DNA of 64,000 nucleotides from an uncultured Bacilli bacterium (GTDB lineage Bacteria; Bacillota_I; Bacilli_A; RF39; UBA660): NCBI GenBank assembly GCA_934167465.1, contig CAKPKR010000001.1, positions 287,030 to 351,029 of the forward strand, read 5' to 3'. Shown piece by piece: positions 61,816 to 64,000 of this stretch (position 1 is its first letter; each line of letters starts with the position of its first letter). The notes under the pieces were generated by a model. It saw only the letters and a program-made list of their open reading frames with translations, ran no database searches and was not told where the DNA came from. The position numbers and the translations under genes were made by a program.

Positions 61816-61832
61816 CACATTTAAGTGTTATT

Positions 61833-62048
61833 TTATTTTTCAAAGAAATCTTTTATATCTTTATTTAAAATATATGCTATTTGTTCTAAGGTATCGATAG
61901 ATATTGTTTGATGAGTAACTGACTCTAGTTTAGCAATAAAACTATCACTAAGTAATAATTTTTCAGCTAGTTCTCGTTGTGTCATATTACGTTCTAAACG
62001 ATATTTTTTGATATTTTTTCCTATTATGTTATATATATCTTCTCTCAT
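61833..62048 (-). CDS. XRE-family HTH regulator (71 aa)
   Basis: MTQRELAEKLLLSDSFIAKLE. Confidence 0.7.
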   Translation of the reverse strand: MREDIYNIIGKNIKKYRLERNMTQRELAEKLLLSDSFIAKLESVTHQTISIDTLEQIAYILNKDIKDFFEK

Positions 62049-62091
62049 ACTACCACCATTTAAATTTTCTCACATTTTAAATTCTTTTGAT

Positions 62092-62108
62092 ATAGACTAA
62101 TAGTCTAT
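62092..62108. promoter_or_regulatory. perfect palindrome ATAGACTA-A-TAGTCTAT between divergent XRE genes, next to a -10 TATAAT at 62111-62116
   Basis: Read directly. Confidence 0.5.
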
Positions 62109-62131
62109 GTTATAATAATTGTGGTGGTAAT

Positions 62132-62332
62132 ATGTATGATGTTTCAAAATTAAAATTTTTAAGAGAAAAAAATAATTATACAGTAAAAGATATGGCTGAT
62201 ATGTTAAATATTTCTCCAGCTCATTATTGTTTAATTGAAAATAAAAAAAGAAATTTATATTATGATATGGCAATTAAAATTTCTAATATTTTTAATTTAA
62301 AACCAGATGATATTTTTTACAAAAAAGACTAG
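62132..62332 (+). CDS. XRE-family HTH regulator (66 aa)
   Basis: YTVKDMADMLNISPAHYCLIENKKR. Confidence 0.65.
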   Translation: MYDVSKLKFLREKNNYTVKDMADMLNISPAHYCLIENKKRNLYYDMAIKISNIFNLKPDDIFYKKD

Positions 62333-62337
62333 CTTAG

Positions 62338-62907
62338 CTAGTTTTCTCTTTGTATTTTGTTTTCTAAGTAATAATTTCTTAATTCTTTAAATCTTTGATA
62401 ATGAACTACTTCTCTTTGTCTTAGGAATGATAGTGGACCTAAGACATCTGGATCGTTTGTTAAATCCATTAAATGTTCATATGTAGCTCGTGCTCTTTGT
62501 TCGGCTGCCATATCACTTTCTAAATCAGCAATAAAATCTCCAGTTGTTTCTATATATGCTGATGTGAAGGGAACACCATTGGGATCATTTATAAATAATC
62601 CACTATCATGCATTGAAAAATGTCCTCCAAGTCCAGCTGCTTTTATTTCTTCAATTGTTGCCCCTTTCATTAATTGATATATCATTGCTGATATCATTTC
62701 AATATGGGCCATTTCTTCAGTAGCAATATCTGTAAGTAATGCTTTTCCTTTATCATCTGGCATTGTGTATCTTTGATTAAAATATCGTAAACAAGCTGAT
62801 AATTCAGAATCTGGACCACCATATTGTGCCATCATATATTTAGCCATTTTAAGATCTTTTTTTGTTATATTTACTGGGTATTCTAATTTCTTTTCATATT
62901 TAAACAT
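62338..62907 (-). CDS. cotJC: spore coat protein CotJC (manganese-catalase/ferritin-like)
   Basis: MFKYEKKLEYPV...ATEEMAHIEMI di-metal motifs. Confidence 0.85.
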   Translation of the reverse strand: MFKYEKKLEYPVNITKKDLKMAKYMMAQYGGPDSELSACLRYFNQRYTMPDDKGKALLTDIATEEMAHIEMISAMIYQLMKGATIEEIKAAGLGGHFSMHDSGLFINDPNGVPFTSAYIETTGDFIADLESDMAAEQRARATYEHLMDLTNDPDVLGPLSFLRQREVVHYQRFKELRNYYLENKIQREN

Positions 62908-63344
62908 TATTTACCACCTTCCCAAGGCCAAGGACTATTTATCCAAACAAATGGATACCTATTATTTGCCTCACTATTTAATGTAATAGGTCCAAATTTT
63001 CTTTGATATTCTTCCATTACATTGTTCGCTTGTTCACGATATTGATTGAATAATCCAATCATATCTTTATCGTCAGGATATATATCCAAATATAAATTAA
63101 TGTCTGTCATTGCAAAGCATAATGAATCTAATGTAGTTAACATTTTTGCTTGTTCATTAACGGGTTTTAAATCAATTGGATTTACTTTATAACCATTGTA
63201 TAGATTTGGAAATAAGTTTCCCCTAATAAATCCTTGATATGGATCATATAATTGATTAGGGTTGCTATCTTCTGTATATAATGGTTGATTATAATTATTA
63301 TTTACATAATTATAATAATCTTGTCTAAAATTTTGATTATACAT
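62907..63344 (-). CDS. cotJB: spore coat protein CotJB-domain protein with an N-terminal Tyr/Asn-rich extension
   Basis: C-terminal CFAMTDINLYLDIYPDDKDMIGLFNQYREQANNVMEEYQRKFGPITL matches CotJB. Start at the ATG at 63344 (RBS GGGAGGA). Confidence 0.7.
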   Translation of the reverse strand: MYNQNFRQDYYNYVNNNYNQPLYTEDSNPNQLYDPYQGFIRGNLFPNLYNGYKVNPIDLKPVNEQAKMLTTLDSLCFAMTDINLYLDIYPDDKDMIGLFNQYREQANNVMEEYQRKFGPITLNSEANNRYPFVWINSPWPWEGGK

Positions 63345-63473
63345 AATTTTTCCTCCCAATTTATAATATGGTTTGATATAACAAGTGTATGGGCAAATGT
63401 AGTATTATAAATAAATTAGTCAAAAAGTCTTGATTATTTTCAGAATAATTGATAAAATATGAATTGTTGATAT

Positions 63474-63550
63474 GGCGTGATTGGTGAAGTGGTTAACACG
63501 GCGGATTGTGGTTCCGTTATGCAAGGGTTCGATCCCCTTATCGCGCCCCA
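63474..63550 (+). tRNA. tRNA-His (anticodon GTG) with genome-encoded G-1 and 3' CCA
   Basis: Cloverleaf folded by hand: G-1, acceptor stem GCGTGAT/ATCGCGC, D stem GTG/CAC, anticodon stem GCGGA/TCCGT with loop TTGTGGT, T arm AAGGG-TTCGATC-CCCTT, discriminator C, then CCA. Confidence 0.9.
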
Positions 63551-63589
63551 TTGTGAAATCTGCTCGAACTTTTCGGGCTTGATAAATGA

Positions 63590-63613
63590 CTAATCCTAAT
63601 TGGATTAGTTTTT
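63590..63613 (+). terminator. terminator CTAATCC-taatt-GGATTAG followed by T5, after tRNA-His
   Basis: Read directly. Confidence 0.5.
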
Positions 63614-63716
63614 AAATGTTAAAATGATAATAAATATTGACATAGGCATTTTAATAATATGATTAAAGTAATTTAGATTGTTGTGAGTGTATTTATATAC
63701 TTGATAAAAGCATTTC

Positions 63717-63745
63717 AAAAGGAAGAGATTATCTCTTCCTTTTTC
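63717..63745. terminator. bidirectional terminator GGAAGAGAT-t-ATCTCTTCC flanked by A4 and T5 runs
   Basis: Read directly. Lies downstream of the partial minus-strand gene. Confidence 0.5.
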
Positions 63746-63789
63746 TTTGCATATGAATAAAAGTGACTTAAATGTTACTTTTATTTTTT

Positions 63790-64000
63790 CTATTCTGCTT
63801 TAGAAATAGTTGCTCTACTTAATTCTAAGTATTGACCATTAGATAAGTTAATAGAAGCTCTACCATTAAAGTTGTCATTATCAACTATATCACTAGCACT
63901 TACTGGACCAGTCATTATTGACCAATATCCACTGCCAATGCTTTCAACTACGTATCTTCCTGGATCAATATCTACTCCAACTTTATAGTATCCACTTTGA
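63790..64000 (-). CDS. partial CDS (3' end only; the 5' end lies beyond the window), hypothetical secreted-like protein
   Basis: Minus-strand frame ...YYKVGVDIDPGRYVVESIGSGYWSIMTGPVSASDIVDNDNFNGRASINLSNGQYLELSRATISKAE with a TAG stop at 63790-63792. Confidence 0.3.
   Translation of the reverse strand, partial: QSGYYKVGVDIDPGRYVVESIGSGYWSIMTGPVSASDIVDNDNFNGRASINLSNGQYLELSRATISKAE

Noticed and set aside
63551-63590. Additional hairpin GCTCGAA-cttt-TCGGGC immediately 3' of tRNA-His as a second tRNA or sRNA
   Set aside because: It is too short and has no tRNA features. It is most likely a processing or terminator-proximal structure, and the real terminator follows at 63590-63613.

Overview
Very AT-rich chromosome segment (roughly 25-30% GC by eye) that uses the standard genetic code. 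TGA is a stop codon, e.g. at 1131-1133, so this is not a Mollicutes recoding. The window spans the replication origin of a low-GC Bacillota genome that carries many endospore genes (spoIIR, spoIID, spoIIQ-like, spoIIID, spoVT-like, bofA-like, cotJB/cotJC, ricT, whiA). On the minus strand the backbone runs rsmG-mnmG-[islet]-mnmE-HD-khpB-yidC-rnpA-rpmH, followed by DnaA-box clusters. On the plus strand it runs dnaA-dnaN-comK-like-recF-gyrB-gyrA, a small SRP RNA, tadA-dnaX-ybaB-recR-bofA-holB-ricT-trmN6-rsmI-pth-mfd, a 1.7-kb islet, spoVT-like, T-box-dut-metG, tatD, a 3D-domain gene, rsmA, ung, whiA, rplI, dnaB, an M23 peptidase, an MBL hydrolase, rlmH, spoIIR, mntP-like, fba, murA, rpmE, a MOP-family flippase, femAB, rpiB, spoIID-spoIIQ-like-spoIIID-mbl, tagO, a DUF421 gene, a thermonuclease, typA, an XRE pair, cotJC-cotJB and tRNA-His(GTG). 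I found no rRNA, CRISPR array, transposase or integrase. Four things stand out. (1) A 2.1-kb islet splits the normally contiguous mnmE-mnmG operon. It holds two secreted-protein paralogs that share an almost identical 5' end (about 165 nt, about 55 aa) but have different C-terminal domains, one of them glycine-rich, together with a cognate XRE repressor. One paralog has a consensus sigma-A promoter whose 18-nt spacer is a palindromic operator. The other has a 10-nt poly-G tract in its promoter spacer, which is the classic slipped-strand phase-variation arrangement. (2) A ~350-bp module occurs twice, at 44356-44708 and 52009-52358. It encodes a 25-aa hydrophobic peptide whose Shine-Dalgarno sequence is sequestered in a hairpin, contains conserved fold-back complementarity, and carries a convergent antisense promoter with shared terminators. 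This is the architecture of a type I toxin-antitoxin locus. (3) A ComK-family gene sits in the dnaN-recF interval. (4) Three 18-bp CACGTG-core perfect palindromes lie between gyrA and the SRP RNA. All coordinates and motifs were read by eye. Protein family calls rest on remembered motifs and were not searched against any database.
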